A DNA stretch of 26,022 bases from an uncultured Deferribacteres bacterium. GTDB taxonomy: Bacteria > Zhuqueibacterota > Zhuqueibacteria > Zhuqueibacterales > Geothermadaptataceae. The translations under genes and the position numbers were made by a program. Location of the stretch: NCBI GenBank assembly GCA_964014485.1, contig CAXHAT010000112.1, positions 1 to 26,022 on the forward strand, in the 5' to 3' direction. Each line of letters opens with the position of its first letter. The stretch's first letter is position 1. Of the stretch, positions 24,901-26,022 are shown piece after piece. The notes below the pieces were generated by a model, which was given only the letters and a program-made list of their open reading frames with translations, was not told the origin of the DNA and searched no databases.

Positions 24901-24941
24901 TACTGATTTCGATACATTTCTGAATTTTTCTAAAAACCTGT

Positions 24942-24989
24942 TTGCATAACGGTTATCTATTTCGTATACATATCAATAAATCTTGATAT
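24942..24989 (+). promoter_or_regulatory. Promoter and 20-bp palindromic operator of the ArsR-methyltransferase regulator
   Basis: TTGCAT (24942-24947)-17 nt-TATACA (24965-24970), overlapped by ATATCAA-taaatc-TTGATAT (24970-24989). Confidence 0.72.
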
Positions 24990-25021
24990 AGTGATTCCGA
25001 ACAATTCACTAATTCAAACCT

Positions 25022-25966
25022 ATGCTGAAAATCTTCAAAGCGCTTGCTGATGAAACACGACTGCGACTTATGGGCGTTTTGTCTCAAGGCGATTTTAACG
25101 TTAACGAACTCCTTGAAATTCTGCGCATGGGACAAAGCCGCATCTCCCGCCATCTGAAAATTCTTGCTGAGAGCGGCTTGGTTACTCATCGGCGTGAAGG
25201 CAACTGGATTTACTACGGCTTACAGAATCCCAACGGCGATTTTGAACTTAAAACGGCGATTGGGCTGGCGGTCAAGAGTGCCGGAACGCTTGAAACGCAC
25301 AACGCTGACCTGCAAAACATCGAATCGGTCGTTCAGCACAGGCGCACGCTTTCCACCAAATATTTCAACGAAATCGGCTCGAATTGGGAAGCCTTGCAGC
25401 GCGATATGCTCGACGCTGAAGAATATCGGCGACGCGCCGTCGAACTTTTGCCGCAAGATCGGGAAACCGTGGTCGATCTGGGCGTAGGGTCTGGGCTCAT
25501 TCTGCCAAGCCTGCTCAAGCGCTTTCAAAAAATCATCGCGGTCGACGCTTCGCAGACCATGCTGAAAATAGCGGCAAACTTCATTTCTGAAAACGTGCCG
25601 GAACGTACGGAACATTGCCATTTTCGCCTCGGCGAACTGGAACACTTGCCCATCGAAGACAATTCCGCTGACGCCGCGATTGCGTCAATGGTTTTGCATC
25701 ACGTCTCTAATCCGCTGCTGGCTATGCAAGACGCACAAAGAATTTTGCAGCCCGGCGGCTCGTTTGTCATCGCCGATTTATTCCAGCATGACATGGAGGA
25801 GATGCGCGAGAATTTCGCCGATTTATGGTTGGGGTTTCAGCCGGCTGATCTCGAAAAATGGCTCAAGCGGGCGGGATTTCGCGTCAAACACTCTGAAGTT
25901 TTGGATCAATCTGAACGTTTGAAAGTCGTGCTCATAAAAGCTCAAAAACCTTACGCTTCGGAGTAA
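25022..25966 (+). CDS. ArsR-family HTH fused to a class I SAM-binding methyltransferase domain (SahR/SamR-like SAM-cycle regulator)
   Basis: 314 aa. FKALADETRLRL...GQSRISRHLKILAESGLV..RREGNWIYY (ArsR), then VVDLGVGSG, IIAVDAS, MVLHH, LQPGG, FADLWLGF. Confidence 0.92.
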   Translation: MLKIFKALADETRLRLMGVLSQGDFNVNELLEILRMGQSRISRHLKILAESGLVTHRREGNWIYYGLQNPNGDFELKTAIGLAVKSAGTLETHNADLQNIESVVQHRRTLSTKYFNEIGSNWEALQRDMLDAEEYRRRAVELLPQDRETVVDLGVGSGLILPSLLKRFQKIIAVDASQTMLKIAANFISENVPERTEHCHFRLGELEHLPIEDNSADAAIASMVLHHVSNPLLAMQDAQRILQPGGSFVIADLFQHDMEEMRENFADLWLGFQPADLEKWLKRAGFRVKHSEVLDQSERLKVVLIKAQKPYASE

Positions 25967-26022
25967 CTCATGTTACGCGCGGCAGCGCACATGCTGAGTC
26001 TTGGAGCAAAGTTTATCTCATT

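Overview
A 26 kb bacterial chromosomal window of mostly metabolic, transport and regulatory genes. In order: a FadN-type 3-hydroxyacyl-CoA dehydrogenase/hydratase (runs off the left edge and is absent from the ORF track) with a TetR regulator, a MacB/FtsX-type ABC permease, an APC amino-acid permease, gamma-glutamyltransferase, a HigB/HigA(ImmA/IrrE) toxin-antitoxin pair, a PaaK-like CoA ligase, a PLD-family protein, an SDR, a CYTH protein, a two-gene membrane module, a small secreted protein, an M29-like protein, a DinB-family protein, a GH88, transketolase and an ArsR-methyltransferase (SahR/SamR-like) regulator. The standout is the translationally coupled pair at 15267-17944 (-). The first gene encodes a 389-aa polytopic membrane protein with DxxWHxTIxRDTxxTPxH and DxxWH-x13-H motifs, spaced like the PmoC/AmoC CuC and CuD copper sites, and a C-terminal half resembling PmoA. 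The second encodes a signal-peptide protein with a predicted N-terminal His, a soluble-2TM-soluble (PmoB-like) layout and His/Met-rich domains. This suggests a remote, compact copper membrane monooxygenase-like (C-A fusion + B) system; it is an inference from recalled motifs and needs HMM or structure checks. The intergenic spaces are densely colonised by at least five families of small non-coding palindromic elements (GGAG-REP, 9-mer periodic inverted repeats, two or three MITE types, an 8-mer tandem hairpin), several nested inside one another. Candidate operators for TetR, HigA and the SahR-like regulator are readable directly in the sequence. No rRNA, tRNA, CRISPR array or autonomous transposase was recognised.
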